This document shows, piece by piece, positions 9,885-20,621 of a stretch of DNA of 32,000 nucleotides (position 1 is the stretch's first letter; each line of letters starts with the position of its first letter). The translations under genes and the position numbers were made by a program. The stretch is taken from NCBI GenBank assembly GCA_965229705.1, contig OZ245922.1, positions 660,001-692,000 on the forward strand, read 5' to 3'. Source of the DNA: Candidatus Saccharimonadota bacterium (lineage in GTDB: Bacteria > Patescibacteriota > Gracilibacteria > BD1-5 > UBA6164). Below the pieces are notes generated by a model that saw nothing but the letters and a program-made list of their open reading frames with translations, searched no databases and had not been told where the DNA came from.

Positions 9885-10685
9885 TTAGGCAGTATAATTT
9901 TGAAAGTGCTTATAATAATAGTTTTTCATATATTCGAGATTTTGTTCCACTCTCTCAGCATTTCATACTCCTATTGCCTTGGGACTCACTCTGAGAGTAA
10001 TATATCCTCCATAACCTAGCGTCTTGAGTTTCATCAAAAAACTCTCTAAAGGCAGATGAGAAATACCTCCTCATGCTCCTCCAGGCAGAATTCATCTTTG
10101 CATTCCATGTTTGTCTGAAAAAAGAACATTTTTTATCGATTTTCCGAGAACTCCATGAGCTTTGACGATATCCATACTGGAAGAGTTATCTATTGCCATG
10201 ATATCGAGTGTTGTGTCTCCTGTGAGCGTCTTGATTTGGCTCAATGTCGCATTTCGATACTCCGGAATCACAAAAAACAAAAATTTCGCTTCTACATTTT
10301 TTACCGCAATAGAGATATGTGTATCTCTTTTTATTTTTACCAGTGATGTTCAAAACCATTTTGTATCTTTGTCAGTAAAATGTGGAGGCGAAAATGTTAC
10401 TACTTGAACAGATAGTTTTTTTGCGATGATCATTATTTTCTCAAGTTTTTTACTACTCATATCTTTTGATGGAGCTGTCAGAGAAAGAACCGGAAGATCA
10501 AATTCTTCTGCAAGTTCTGCAATATAATCTTCATCCCAAAGATCATAGTTCAGCATTCAAAGAGCAATATCAAGACCTGTATAGCCTGCATTTTTTGCAA
10601 ACTGAAAAATACGATGAAGTCCATATCCTGTAAGGCTTGAAGTAGAAAGAAGTAGCATTGTTTTTCGTAAAAATAATAATTTCAT
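9885..10685 (-). CDS. Sugar phosphate isomerase/epimerase-like (xylose isomerase-like TIM barrel) protein
   Basis: MKLLFLRKTMLLLSTSSLTGYGLHRIFQFAKNAGYTGLDIALGMLNYDLWDEDYIAELAEEFDLPVLSLTAP...VQVVTFSPPHF... Three listed minus ORFs are joined by TGA. Start chosen at the Met preceded by GAAAGGA (alternative start 10658). TAA at 9885. Confidence 0.6.
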
Positions 10686-10845
10686 TATTCCTTTCTGTCT
10701 CGCTATGCTCGACATATTTCCCTTTCGACGAAGGAGAGAAATAATATATAACATTATATTACTATAAACCGGCTCTATTTTCAAAAATATGAGCCTATTT
10801 CTTTCTTGCCAAAAGTATGTTTGAGTATATAGAGAAACTTTCACA

Positions 10846-12111
10846 CTACTCTACCACTGTCTTTCCTCCCATATAAGGCCTCAGAACCTCTGGAATAAGA
10901 AATTTTCCATCCTCCGTTTGAAACTGCTCCATAATAGCAAGACCTGTACGAAATGTTACTGCTGTACAATTCAGTGACCAAGCAAATGCCTTATTTCCAT
11001 CTCGAGTGTATGTTGTCTTTAAACCTCGAGTTTGATAGTCAGACGCTGAGCCATTTGAGCACACTTCTCGAAACTTATCCTCTCCAGGAAACCACGCTTC
11101 ATAATCAACCTGTCGACGGTGCTTTGCTGGCATATCTCCACTACATACCTCCACAGAGCGAAAATGAAGACCAAGTTTTGTATATATTTCTTCATTGATT
11201 TTTGCATTGAGCGCAAAAACCTTTTCATCATCTTCAGGTCTACAAAGTGCATCAATCTCTATTTTTTCAAACTGATGAACTCTTAAAATACCTTGTTGAT
11301 CTTTCCCATATGAGCCAGATTCCTTGCGAAAACATGTGGTATTTGCCATCACCAGAATAGGACTATCAAGACTTCCAACATTTTTTTGGGCGTAGTAGCT
11401 CATGAGTGGTTGTTCAGAAGACGGTATCAGATAATAATTGGTATCTTCTGTGATAGGAACTTCATAGAGTTGTCCATCAAAGTCTGGAAGATTTCCTATA
11501 TCTGTCATCGTTTTTTCATTGAGCATGAGAGGAACATACATTGGTTCAAAGCCATTTTCCCATATAAGCTGTTCTACCCAATTAAATAACACTTTTTGAA
11601 AACGTGCTATTTCTCATCTCATATAGTATCATCGAGCTCCCATCACTTGGGCGCCTGCTTTTTGGTCCACATATTTTTTATATACTTCTAGTTCATAGTA
11701 GGGTTTTGGATCAAAGGAAAATGTTGGTTTTGTGCCCCAAATATTTGTTACAGGATTATCTTCATCACTGTTTCATAGAGGAATATTGTCCCAAGTAAGA
11801 TTTGGTACTTTTGCAACTGCTGAAATAAGTATTTTATGATGTTCTCTCACAAGGGATTCTGTATTTTTTATCTCATCGCTGAGACTCTTCATTTCTTTGA
11901 GAGCGGCTTCTCTCTCATCGGTACTCAAAGATGCTATTTTTTTATTAAAGTCATTTTTCTTTTCTAACAGGCTATCAAGCTGACTTTTTCACTGCTTCCA
12001 TGTTTCGTACGCATCATATGCTTGCGTTGCAAAATCTGGGTTTCCTCCGCGTATTTCAAGCTCTTTTTTATAGCGTTCTAGGTTCTCGCTTAGGTGTTTA
12101 ATATCAATCAT
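10846..12111 (-). CDS. serS: Seryl-tRNA synthetase
   Basis: MIDIKHLSENLERYKKELEIRGGNPDF... (N-terminal coiled-coil arm), then the class II core ...FRKESGSYGKDQQGILRVHQFEKIE...EVCSNGSASDYQTRGLKTTY.... Fragments 11989..12177 and 10846..11592 are in frame, joined by TGA codons. TAG stop. Confidence 0.95.
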
Positions 12112-12143
12112 AGTTATTATAAATAATATAAGTAATTTTTCTC

Positions 12144-12252
12144 CCTTAGGAACATCTGAGAAACAAAAATTTTCCAATCCACTTTATCTCTATCGAGACA
12201 TCTCTCTTTTGGAAAAGGAGAGAAAAAAATACCTTCTCAAATCCTCCTTAGA
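12144..12252 (+). repeat. Copy B of the ~110-nt palindromic repeat (more diverged)
   Basis: CTTAGGAACATCTGAGAAACAAAAATTTTCCAATCCACTTTATCTCTATCGAGACATCTCTCTTTTGGAAAAGGAGAGAAAAAAATACCTTCTCAAATCCTCCTTAG is collinear with copy A. Lies between the smpB stop and the serS start. Confidence 0.75.
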
Positions 12253-12266
12253 GGACTCTCAACTTT

Positions 12267-12713
12267 TTAGTAAGATTTTTTCATAACTTTCTGCGCCTCC
12301 CTTTCAAGACTTCGTTCTTTGAGGATTTGGCGTTTTTGGTGTTTTTTCTTTCCTCTTGCAAGTCATACTTCTACCTTCACAAGACTTCCCTTAAAATACA
12401 TCTGAAGGGCTAACAGGGTATATCATCCTTCCTTAAGTTTCGAGCCATAATATATAATCTTTTTTCGTGGAAGAAATATTTTTCGAGGTCGAGAAGTATC
12501 TACTATCTTATTGTTCGGTAGGGCTTTCCATGCTCATATATGAGCTTGCAGAAGAAATAATTCATTATTTTTGAGACTGATATATGAACCTTTGAGATTC
12601 ACATTTTTTTCTCTGAGAGACTTGAGTTCATGCCCTAAAAGTTCTATTCATGCCTCAAGCGTCTCAAGCACTTCATAGTCAAAATAGGCTTTTTTGTTTC
12701 TTGTGATTTCCAT
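12267..12713 (-). CDS. smpB: SsrA-binding protein SmpB
   Basis: MEITRNKKAYFDYEVLETLEAGIELLGHELKSLREKNVNLKGSYISL...RPRKIFLPRKKII...YTLLALQMYFKGSLVKVEVGLARGKKKHQKRQ... AGGAGG lies upstream of the ATG. TGA=Gly in EAGIEL and VGLARGKK. TAA stop. Confidence 0.9.
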
Positions 12714-12752
12714 ACTGTGTTTCTTACCTCCTATTATGGCTGAGAGGAAAAG

Positions 12753-13928
12753 CTAGGGGGTGCTTGGCTCAAATATTTCTTTTTGTTTCCTCAAAGTCTC
12801 CTCATAGCTCATACCCTTTGTGAGCCAATCCCAAAGCATATATGTTATAAAATCATATGTTCCTGCAGTATCTTTATTGTAGGGATTTTTCATAATAGCA
12901 AAATGCAAATGATAATCCTCATAATTCTCTCATGGAACTCCTGTGATTCATACCGTCCCTATAAAATCTCAGCGCTGCACAAACATGCCTTGCTGAAGTT
13001 CTGGATTAACACTTCCAAGATGGCTATAAAATACGACTTCTCCCTTCATAGTTTTGAGCCATACTTGATTTCCTCTGAGGATATCGAGATTTTCTGCCTC
13101 CTGCTGTTCCGTCAAATACGGTCCGTATTTTATCCTCTCAAAATCTTTCTCATTTTCAAAACCATCTACCACTCTGATAATGTATCCATCATCAAGAGCA
13201 ACTGCCTCATCTCATAGATGCGTATCTATATCCCAACCATGATGTATTCCATCAGTGTACGCCTCTCTATAAGGTCTGCCAGAGTTTGGCATTTTTGTAA
13301 ATCTTTCAGGAATCATTTTTCACTCTATCGGAGAGCTATATAGATACTCACGCTTTTCGAGAATATTTTCTAGGAGTTTTTTCTTTTCTTTTGCAAGAAA
13401 ATATTTTCTTTGTTTTTGAAAGTATGAATAATACTGTCCAACGCGTTTCCCTTGGTATTTTGCATAGAGAGAATATCGCTGAATATCTTTTTCAATATCT
13501 TGTATAAAACTTTGTATATCCTCAGAACTATAGTCAAGAAATATTGGTATTTCTTCTTGAATTGAGGAGAGAGAAATATCTTTTCATGAACCTTCGACAA
13601 CTCTTCACTGATATGCAAGGTATATTTTTGTGTCTTCACACTGGGATATTTGTGCAAACGAAAGATGAAAAAAATAGAGTCCCTTGCGAGCATCTAAAAA
13701 CCGAGAATCAATATCACAGGACTGAGAAAAGAGCTCATATCCCTCTATATCGGTAGATGACTGATACACCATAATTGTAGAGTTTAAAGACTCTACATCA
13801 CTATATATTGGAGCTATCGCTCAGCTCTCTCAAATCTTTGGAGGAAAAACATAGCTATAAGCACTTACAAGACCAATACCTAAAAGGCAAAAAAACAATA
13901 TGCTTATGCCTATATATATTTTGAACAT
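12753..13928 (-). CDS. M23-family metallopeptidase (peptidoglycan endopeptidase) with N-terminal membrane anchor
   Basis: ...GIHHGWDIDTHLGDEAVALDDGYIIRV...GEVVFYSHLGSVNPELQQGMFVQRGDFIGTVGITGVPGENYEDYHLHFAIMKNPY... shows the H-x-x-x-D and HLHF M23 motifs. TAG stop at 12753. Confidence 0.8.
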
Positions 13929-14013
13929 AAAAAAATCGCTAAAAAACTGCGTGGAATTGTATAGAAGAAAGGCAGAAAATCAAAAGAGAAAGTAGGATTT
14001 TTCTGTTGGATTT

Positions 14014-14979
14014 TTACTTTCTATGGATAATTTTTTGCAAAAAATTTTGAAAGATATTTTTTCCTTTTTTGAGGAGTATCACAAAATAATACTTCCAAGC
14101 AGATGCTATAAATAGGTATGCTGATGATACCTGCATCTTGTTTGGAGCAAGCTTCATCTTAAAGTCTGTCACTCATCTCAAAGATGAATGTTTATCATCG
14201 TCATTGGCAATACCAAGAAAATCATAATATTTATAATTTTCATTTTTAGCATCTGTGATAGCCGTCCATTGGAGCAGGTAGGGAGACATAAGATTTCGTT
14301 TATTATTTGATGAAGCTCCGTAATAATAGTAGCAAACATCCCCAGCCCCAATACATATAGCTCCTGCAAGTATATCTCCTTCGTGCTGAGCAAAATAGAG
14401 TTTTGTATTAGGGACTCTTTCTAAGAGCTTTGTATAATACTCCAGAGTATTCCCTGAAAAATTATCTCTCTGCGTTGTTTCTTGCATGAGTGTGTAAAAT
14501 ATTTCTCTGTTTTTTTGGGTGTTATCTTTTTTATAAATTTTTACTCATTTTTTTTCTGCAAGACGAATATTGTATCTCCCTTTTTGTTTCATTTCTGCAA
14601 GTATTTCCTCCTGTGATTTTTGTAAATCAATAAGAGTCGTAAAGGGAGGAATAAATTTTTTATAGTATCAGCTTCTATGGTATCTTCTATCATTTTTTCT
14701 CGAATCGATTGGTTTTCATGGAGTGTTTCTTTCAGACTCTGGATAGCTCAAAGTTTCTATCTGACTAAAAAGACATCTTTCTTTTTTACAAAGTCTTATG
14801 AGCGATTTTTCATACTGGAGTGTCAGCTTCGCAGGATCTACTCCTATCACGAAAAGTCCGCACTGCCCAAAAGCTATTTTTCTTTTTTCTACAAAAGTTT
14901 CTTTGAGCATGAAAAAGTCTTCTGTTTGACCAGAAGATTTGAGAAACTCTTGCCATATTTGTGTTTGCCAGAGGGACAT
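14014..14979 (-). CDS. FemAB-family peptidoglycan interpeptide-bridge aminoacyltransferase
   Basis: MSLWQTQIWQEFLKSSGQ...GRYNIRLAEKKGVKIY...YYYYGASSNNKRNLMSPYLLQWTAITDAKNENYKYYDFLGIAN...SLRGVTDFKMKLAP... Fragments 14716..14979 and 14173..14487 are in frame via TGA. TAA at 14014. Confidence 0.75.
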
Positions 14980-14989
14980 ATATAAAAAA

Positions 14990-15297
14990 TTAACGAATAT
15001 CTACATAAGTAATAATGCGAGTATCGTCATCTTGTTCAAATGAAATAAAAAGTACGTTCGCCAAGGAATTATAGCTTTGTTATGAGGGTATGACGGAATA
15101 TCCTCAGAAAGTCGTTGTTTTATAATATTTCGTATTTCATCATAACGATTTTCTGACTCATTAACATATCAAGATATTATTAGATTCTCATTCCATATTC
15201 ATGAATCTAGATAAAGATCTTGGTAATATTCTCGATATCGAGAAATATACGCTTGAATCTGATGAAAAGCCTTTTGAGAAAAAGTAATATTAAACAT
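14990..15297 (-). pseudogene. RelE/ParE-like toxin candidate with an apparent frameshift
   Basis: The frame from ATG 15297 (MFNITFSQKAFHQIQAYISRYREYY...) ends at TAG 15001 with an atypical tail. A second frame over 14990-15080 reads ...SLANVLFISFEQDDDTRIITYVDIR*, a typical RelE/ParE C-terminus. Total span is 308 nt, not a multiple of 3. Confidence 0.35.
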
Positions 15298-15427
15298 ATT
15301 CTATCTCATTATTTTTTCTCTTCTCTCTTAAGTTTTTTCTCAACACTTCGGCTTCTTCTCGAATATGCTCTTTCATCATAATATCCATTTCTTTAATAGA
15401 ATAGGTTTTTTCATATTTTTTTAGCAT
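15290..15427 (-). CDS. Small putative antitoxin-like protein (45 aa)
   Basis: MLKKYEKTYSIKEMDIMMKEHIREEAEVLRKNLREKRKNNEIEYV. Its TAA overlaps the downstream toxin-like ATG by 8 nt (TATGTTTAA), a typical TA operon layout. No family recognised. Confidence 0.3.
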   Translation of the reverse strand: MLKKYEKTYSIKEMDIMMKEHIREEAEVLRKNLREKRKNNEIEYV

Positions 15428-15491
15428 TGTCTCTTATTATAAATATAATAAAATGATTATAGTAATTTTATGATTTTTCCAAAACAACACT

Positions 15492-16505
15492 CTACTCTAA
15501 ATGACTCAGTCCAGCTCCTGTGATCTTTCTCCCTCTCGGAGTTCTCTCAATAAAACCGATTTGTAGAAGATATGGCTCTACCACATCTTCGAGTGTTGCC
15601 TCTTCTTCTCACAGTGTAGAAGCAAGAGTATTTATTCATACAGGTCCTCCTCAAAAGTTTTTCTGAATACTTTCGAGATATTTCCTATCGAGATAATCAA
15701 GTCCTTTTTCATCTATTCCAATATCTTGAAATATATCACTTAACACTTCTGCGTCTTGAATATTTTTTCCTATCGTATGATAATCTCTAAGTATTTTCAA
15801 GAGACGATTAGCTATCCTCGGTGTTCCTCGGGATTTTTGAGAAATGATTTCAAGAGCATTTTTTGAGAGATCGAGATTAAGTTTCTCACAATTATTTTTG
15901 AGGATCAGCGCAATATCTCCTACTTCATAAAAATCGAGTTTGAGAACATTTCCAAACCTGTCTCTGAGTGGTGAACTCAAAGATGAGAGCCTCGTTGTCG
16001 CTCACACAAGGGTAAAAGGTTTTACCGGAAGTTTGACACTTTGCGCCCCAGTACCAGATCCTACTATCACATCTATCTGAAAATCTTCCATAGCTGTATA
16101 AAGTATTTCTTCTACCTGTGGTCGAAGTCTATGAATCTCATCAATAAACAAGATATCCCCCTCTTCCAGATTTGAGAGAATACTCACAAGATCTGACTGC
16201 TTTTCGATAGCTGGTCCCGAGCTTGTCCTGAGATGAGACTCCATTTCATAGACAAGAATATTTGCCAGCGTTGTTTTTCCAAGTCCTGGAGGTCCATAAA
16301 AGAGTATATGCTCGAGAGGTTCTTGGCGAATTTTCGCAGAGTTTATAGATACATTGATATGCTTTTTGAGTTTTTCTTGACCAATATACGAGCTCAGCGT
16401 TTTGGGTCGGAGTTGGTTTTGTAGAAATATTTTTTCACTTCATTTCTCTTCGGGAGAAACAATTCTTTGTTGTTGTGTGGCGTCTTTTTGTGATGAAGAA
16501 ATCAT
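15492..16505 (-). CDS. ruvB: Holliday junction branch migration DNA helicase RuvB
   Basis: ...[19 protein letters not shown]...[25 protein letters not shown]...[10 protein letters not shown]...[24 protein letters not shown]...[11 protein letters not shown]... The G of LVGATTR is TGA at 16002-16004. TAG stop. Confidence 0.95.
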
Positions 16506-16566
16506 AGTTTTTTCCTAAAATATTAGCGATAATATAGCCATAAAATATAAAAAAACAAAAAAAAGT

Positions 16567-16595
16567 TTGCATCTTGGGTATAAAGTGTATATACT
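16567..16595 (+). promoter_or_regulatory. Candidate sigma-70-type promoter for ssb
   Basis: TTGCAT, 17-nt spacer, TATACT; 55 nt upstream of the ssb ATG. Pattern match only, in AT-rich DNA. Confidence 0.3.
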
Positions 16596-16649
16596 CAAAG
16601 GGTATATGAGATAAATATACATTATTTTATTAGCTTATTACGCAATATT

Positions 16650-17099
16650 ATGGATCTAAATAAGGTACAAATTATTGGGAGAATCACTCAAGATATTGAG
16701 CTCAGACAAACTCCTAACGGTCAAAATGTGACAACGCTTTCTATTGCAACTAATAGAACATGGCTTGATGCTCAAGGAGCAAAACAAGAACAAGCCGAAT
16801 TTCATAATGTCGTTTTGTGGTCAAAACTGGCAGAGATAGCACATCAATATCTGTCAAAGGGACGAAAATGTTATATAGAGTGACGATTGCAGACTCGTAG
16901 TTGGGAAGCGCAAGATGGAAGTAAAAGGTATCGTACGGAGATTATTGGGGAAAATATGATCATGCTTGATGGAAACTCAAACACTGAAAATATTCCTGCT
17001 CCGGTAAATGATGCTCCTCCCCAAAATGAAACTCCTGCAGTAAAGAAAACAAATCCCAAAAAAGAAGAAGAAATCTCTGTTGAAGATCTCCCATTTTAA
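16650..17099 (+). CDS. ssb: Single-stranded DNA-binding protein
   Basis: MDLNKVQIIGRITQDIELRQTPNGQNVTTLSIATNRTW...[51 protein letters not shown]... with acidic tail ...EEEISVEDLPF. TGA at 16881-16883 supplies the G of IEGRLQTR. Confidence 0.95.
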
Positions 17100-17116
17100 G
17101 GAATCTCTACGAGTAT

Positions 17117-17144
17117 AAAGCCCCGCGAATGCGGGGCTTTATTT
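17117..17144. terminator. Bidirectional rho-independent terminator (ssb / convergent gene)
   Basis: AAAG-CCCCGC-GAAT-GCGGGG-CTTTATTT. GC-rich stem with a GAAT loop, flanked by A- and T-runs. Confidence 0.7.
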
Positions 17145-17174
17145 ATCAGGAAGACTTAGAGTTTTCAAATGAGC

Positions 17175-17732
17175 CTAGGACTTCATCTGAAAACCTACGA
17201 GTCTTTCTCCGGTAGTTGGGTAGACTGTGTCATAACAGTCCATTTCCTCAAAAATTTCTGGAGTTCCTATTACAAGGATATTTTCTCTTGAACCCTTTTG
17301 TGGGTCAATCGTAATACTTCTTACATCTGGAAATTTTTGAGCAGAAAAACTCTTATATAAATCAACTTCTTTGAATCTTACAGAAAATGTAAACTCGTCT
17401 TCTGTATAGCCCACAAGCCTTGCCATGCAAGGACTTGTTGGGGCTAGAGAGATGTATTCTTTTATTTTTTTATCTCTTAAATCAGTAAAAGTAATACATT
17501 GAATTGCGAGAACAATATATAAAGGCATCATCCTTGAAATCCATTGCATCTCAGAAAAAAAAATACCAACTATAATATGAGAGATACCTAAAGTTATGAT
17601 TATCATGAACCAGAACATGTATTCTTCCCATATGTATACATCTGGAAAGACTGTGAGATGCAATCCTCCTGCTATTAAAAGATACGAAAAAAAGAAAAAT
17701 AAAAAAAATTTCCAATCAAAAACTTTGTACAT
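17175..17732 (-). CDS. Hypothetical membrane protein (185 aa)
   Basis: Intact ORF in the standard code (no TGA). N-terminal half has three or four hydrophobic segments; C-terminal half is soluble. TAG stop. No family recognised. Confidence 0.6.
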   Translation of the reverse strand: MYKVFDWKFFLFFFFSYLLIAGGLHLTVFPDVYIWEEYMFWFMIIITLGISHIIVGIFFSEMQWISRMMPLYIVLAIQCITFTDLRDKKIKEYISLAPTSPCMARLVGYTEDEFTFSVRFKEVDLYKSFSAQKFPDVRSITIDPQKGSRENILVIGTPEIFEEMDCYDTVYPTTGERLVGFQMKS

Positions 17733-17812
17733 GACACAACTCCCTTATCTGTTTTTGTTTGCGTAAAAACATCATAAGACTTATAGTGTTTTTGTCAAAA
17801 AAAAGCTTTTTT

Positions 17813-17833
17813 CTTTGTATCAGAAATACAAAG
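17813..17833 (-). terminator. Possible terminator hairpin after gene 17852..18754
   Basis: CTTTGTAT-cagaa-ATACAAAG, an 8-bp stem, adjacent to the palindromic AAAAAAGCTTTTTT run. AT-rich and therefore weak. Confidence 0.3.
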
Positions 17834-17851
17834 AGGCAAATATACGGATCC

Positions 17852-18754
17852 CTATCTATAATTTTCTAGCTCATACTCCTCACCATCCACAACAACTATT
17901 ACCTTATCTTGCTGCCAAAATATTCTCTCAGGATATCAATCAACCTGCATCAAAACTTTCCTGTGTTTTGAACGCTGATTATACAGTACCAGTATATGTC
18001 CCTTTTCTTCAAAAGAAAAATTTTGCTTCTTTTGTACTTCATCAGCATATACAATCCCTATAACATATTCTCCATCATTCACATAGTCTCGAAACAAATA
18101 CTGAAACTCAAAATCTCACGAATGAATATGATACAAAAAACTCCCCTCAACACTTACCATATGAAATACCGAAGGATTGTTTGTCTCTTTTATAGAAAGT
18201 ATTTCAAAAGGAAATATTATATTCTTCAAAGTTCCTTGCTGAGGAAAATACAGAGCCTGTCTCTCTCCATGACGCAAAAAAATATTTCTACCCGGAGATA
18301 CCTCTTCAGCAACTATCTCAGAGCTGTGAGTATCGTCTCAGAATAGCTCCCTATACTTTTTCTTCTCTCTGAGAAAACGAATAGCCTCCTGCTTGGTATC
18401 CGAACTTGTTTGAGTAAGTGGACGAAGAGCTGCATTTTTTTCTAAAACTCATGAAAGATATATTCACGATCGCCCTCGAAACTTTTTCTCAAAACTCTCA
18501 GATTTATACCCATCAGCGTGTACTCGTATCGTATATGAGAGTGGAGAAATACCAGGGATGATACAAGGATTTTGTTCACAGAAAAAATCTTGTGTTCTCG
18601 CAGACGAGGGAGAAAATAGCTCAACTCTGTACTGCTCTACATTCATATCAAGTTCAAGATGCGCTGTATAATATACAAAAAAATAGAGGTATCAGAGAAC
18701 AAAAATACCAATGGCTCCTATAAAGAGAAAAAGTGCAAAAAGTTTTCGTAACAT
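17852..18754 (-). CDS. Hypothetical protein with N-terminal signal anchor (300 aa)
   Basis: MLRKLFALFLFIGAIGIFVLGYLYFFVYY... A single frame is open from 18754 to TAG 17852 with six TGA codons read as Gly. It contains listed ORF 18464..18646. No family recognised. Confidence 0.55.
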
Positions 18755-18839
18755 AGTATGAGTATATTATGAGAAACTGAATTTGCAAAAGAGCCTGAAC
18801 AGACTATGCTGAGTTTCATCTATTTTTTCAAAAATATAC

Positions 18840-19673
18840 ATGATTCTCGATGGAAAAAAAATCGCAGATGAGATACACGAAGAACTCTCTAAAAATATTT
18901 CCCAGCTCTCAGTAAAACCAAAACTTGCGGCTTTTTTGGTAGGAGACAATCCTGCAAGTCTCAAATATATCTGACAAAAACGAAGATTTGCAGAAAAGGT
19001 ATGAATGAAGTTTGATTTATATCAATATGATACAAATATCAGTGAAAAAGACCTTTCTCTCGAAATAGAGAAATGTAATACTGATCCTCATATTTCCGGA
19101 TACATTGTTCAACTGCCTCTTCCTGAACATATCGATAGCTCTCGTATTTTCTCAAAAATAGATCCTGCAAAAGATGTTGATGGCTTTCATCCGATAAATC
19201 AGTGAAAAGTACTTATTGGTGATACAAGTGGGTTCACTCCCTGTACTCCCGCAGGGATCATGAAGATATTTTCTTATTATAATGTTTCTCTGCGTGGAAA
19301 GTGTATAGTCATACTTGGACAAAGTACGCTTGTATGAAAACCTCTTTCTCTTCTTTGTATGAACGCTGGAGCAACGGTCATAAGCTGCAATTCCAAAACG
19401 ACTGATATTTCACATTATACCAAAAATGCTGATATTATCGTCTGTTCTACGGGTGTAGCTCATTTGCTTACACCAGATATGCTATGAGATACAACATTGA
19501 TTATTGATGTTGGTTTTTCTATTGTAGATGGGAATATCTTTGGTGACGCTGATACAAAAAATATTCTCAAACATGGTCATGATATCACTCCTGTTCCTGG
19601 CTGAGTTGGTCCTATGACAGTTGCAATGCTCTTACTCAATACCTATAAAGCGTATGAATCCTCTTTGTCATAA
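18840..19673 (+). CDS. folD: Bifunctional methylenetetrahydrofolate dehydrogenase / methenyl-THF cyclohydrolase FolD
   Basis: [16 protein letters not shown]...[28 protein letters not shown]...[15 protein letters not shown]...[14 protein letters not shown]...TPCTPAGIM...[17 protein letters not shown]... TGA at 19602-19604 is the second G of PGGVGPMT. Confidence 0.95.
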
Positions 19674-19872
19674 ACTTCTTCTGATATGTGTATTTTCTTT
19701 TTGCCTGATACTTGCGTGATGTTTTGGGTATCTTATAGCGGTAGAAACATACACTCAGGTCTCTTCTCCAAATGAATATATTTCTATAGAATATGAAGAT
19801 AATCAGCTTGAAATTATTGAAATGCCAAAGGATTTACGGATAAAAATAAATGGTGAGTGGCAACCGAAATAA
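19654..19872 (+). CDS. Putative small lipoprotein (72 aa)
   Basis: [33 protein letters not shown]... The lipobox-like LILAGC has its Gly encoded by TGA. Overlaps the folD end by 20 nt. TAA stop. Not in the ORF track because of the TGA. Confidence 0.4.
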
Positions 19873-19933
19873 GGAAAGAAAAAATTTTGACTCTCTTTCT
19901 ATTTTTTATACAATGAGCGAGCTTTAAATTTTC

Positions 19934-20010
19934 GCGGGTGTAGCTCAATTGGCTAGAGCATCTGCCTTCCAAGCAGAGGGTTGTGGGTTCGAGTCCCATC
20001 ACCCGCTCCA
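19934..20010 (+). tRNA. tRNA-Gly (anticodon UCC)
   Basis: GCGGGTG-TA-GCTC-AATTGGCTA-GAGC-A-TCTGC-CTTCCAA-GCAGA-GGGTT-GTGGG-TTCGAGT-CCCAT-CACCCGC-T-CCA. Full cloverleaf with encoded CCA. Confidence 0.9.
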
Positions 20011-20076
20011 TAAAGCAAAGAGAAGCCTAGAATGGAGAATTGTTTTGAAGATTCTCTATGCTAGGTTTTATTTTTT

Positions 20077-20282
20077 CGGGGACTGGCGCAATACGGCTAT
20101 GCCGCACGCTTTGGGAGCGTGGGGTTCGGGAGTTCTCCTCTCGCTACGCGAGACTCTCACAAAAATAAAATTACATCTTCGGGGACTGGCGCAATACGGC
20201 TATGCCGCACGCTTTGGGAGCGTGGGGTTCGGGAGTTCTCCTCTCGCTACGCGAGACTCTCACAAAAATAAAATTACATCTT
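20077..20282 (+). repeat. Two perfect 103-bp tandem repeats, each starting with a copy of the 5' half of tRNA-Pro
   Basis: 20077-20179 and 20180-20282 are identical: CGGGGACTGGCGCAATACGGCTATGCCGCACGCTTTGGGAGCGTGGGGTTCGGGAGTTCTCCTCTCGCTACGCGAGACTCTCACAAAAATAAAATTACATCTT. The acceptor 5' strand and anticodon arm match the real tRNA-Pro that follows. The GTCCCCG 3' acceptor strand is absent. Confidence 0.9.
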
Positions 20283-20359
20283 CGGGGACTGGCGCAATTG
20301 GCTAGCGCACACGCTTTGGGAGCGTGGGGTTGTGAGTTCGAGTCTCGCGTCCCCGACCA
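20283..20359 (+). tRNA. tRNA-Pro (anticodon UGG)
   Basis: CGGGGAC-TG-GCGC-AATTGGCTA-GCGC-A-CACGC-TTTGGGA-GCGTG-GGGTT-GTGAG-TTCGAGT-CTCGC-GTCCCCG-A-CCA. G37 and the C1-G72 pair are typical of tRNA-Pro. Confidence 0.9.
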
Positions 20360-20621
20360 ATATTGTAACACAACTTCGAAACTCTGGAATCAAAACTCAT
20401 TTCGGAGTTTTTTTTGTATTTAGTAGCTTTGTGTAGTACACATTTTATAATGAAGAAAATCGAGTTATATTCACAGTAATGTCCTAAAGCCAAAATATAA
20501 AAAAGGCTCTCCTTTAAGATCAGGTATGAAAAATTAGAAAATATAAAATAAAAATTGCAAATATTTTCATAAGGCTTATATTTTGTATTAAACTATATAT
20601 ATATTAAAAGTATACTTACCT

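Noticed and set aside
12112-12266. A structured leader upstream of serS might be a T-box riboswitch
   Set aside because: The structure is one copy of the multi-copy palindromic repeat also found at unrelated loci. No T-box consensus (AGGGTGGNACCGCG-like) or specifier/terminator architecture is visible.
20077-20282. The two upstream units could be additional functional tRNA-Pro genes
   Set aside because: They lack the 3' acceptor strand (GTCCCCG) and a canonical T-loop, so no cloverleaf can close. At best they are tRNA-like fragments.
20077-20359. Regularly spaced direct repeats could be a CRISPR array
   Set aside because: The period is 103 bp with no unique spacers. Whole units are identical and tRNA-derived, and no cas genes are nearby.
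19814-20371. Minus-strand ORFs 19814..20011 and 20171..20371 and plus ORFs 19949..20423
   Set aside because: They are translations across the tRNA-Gly and tRNA-Pro genes and the tRNA-derived repeats.
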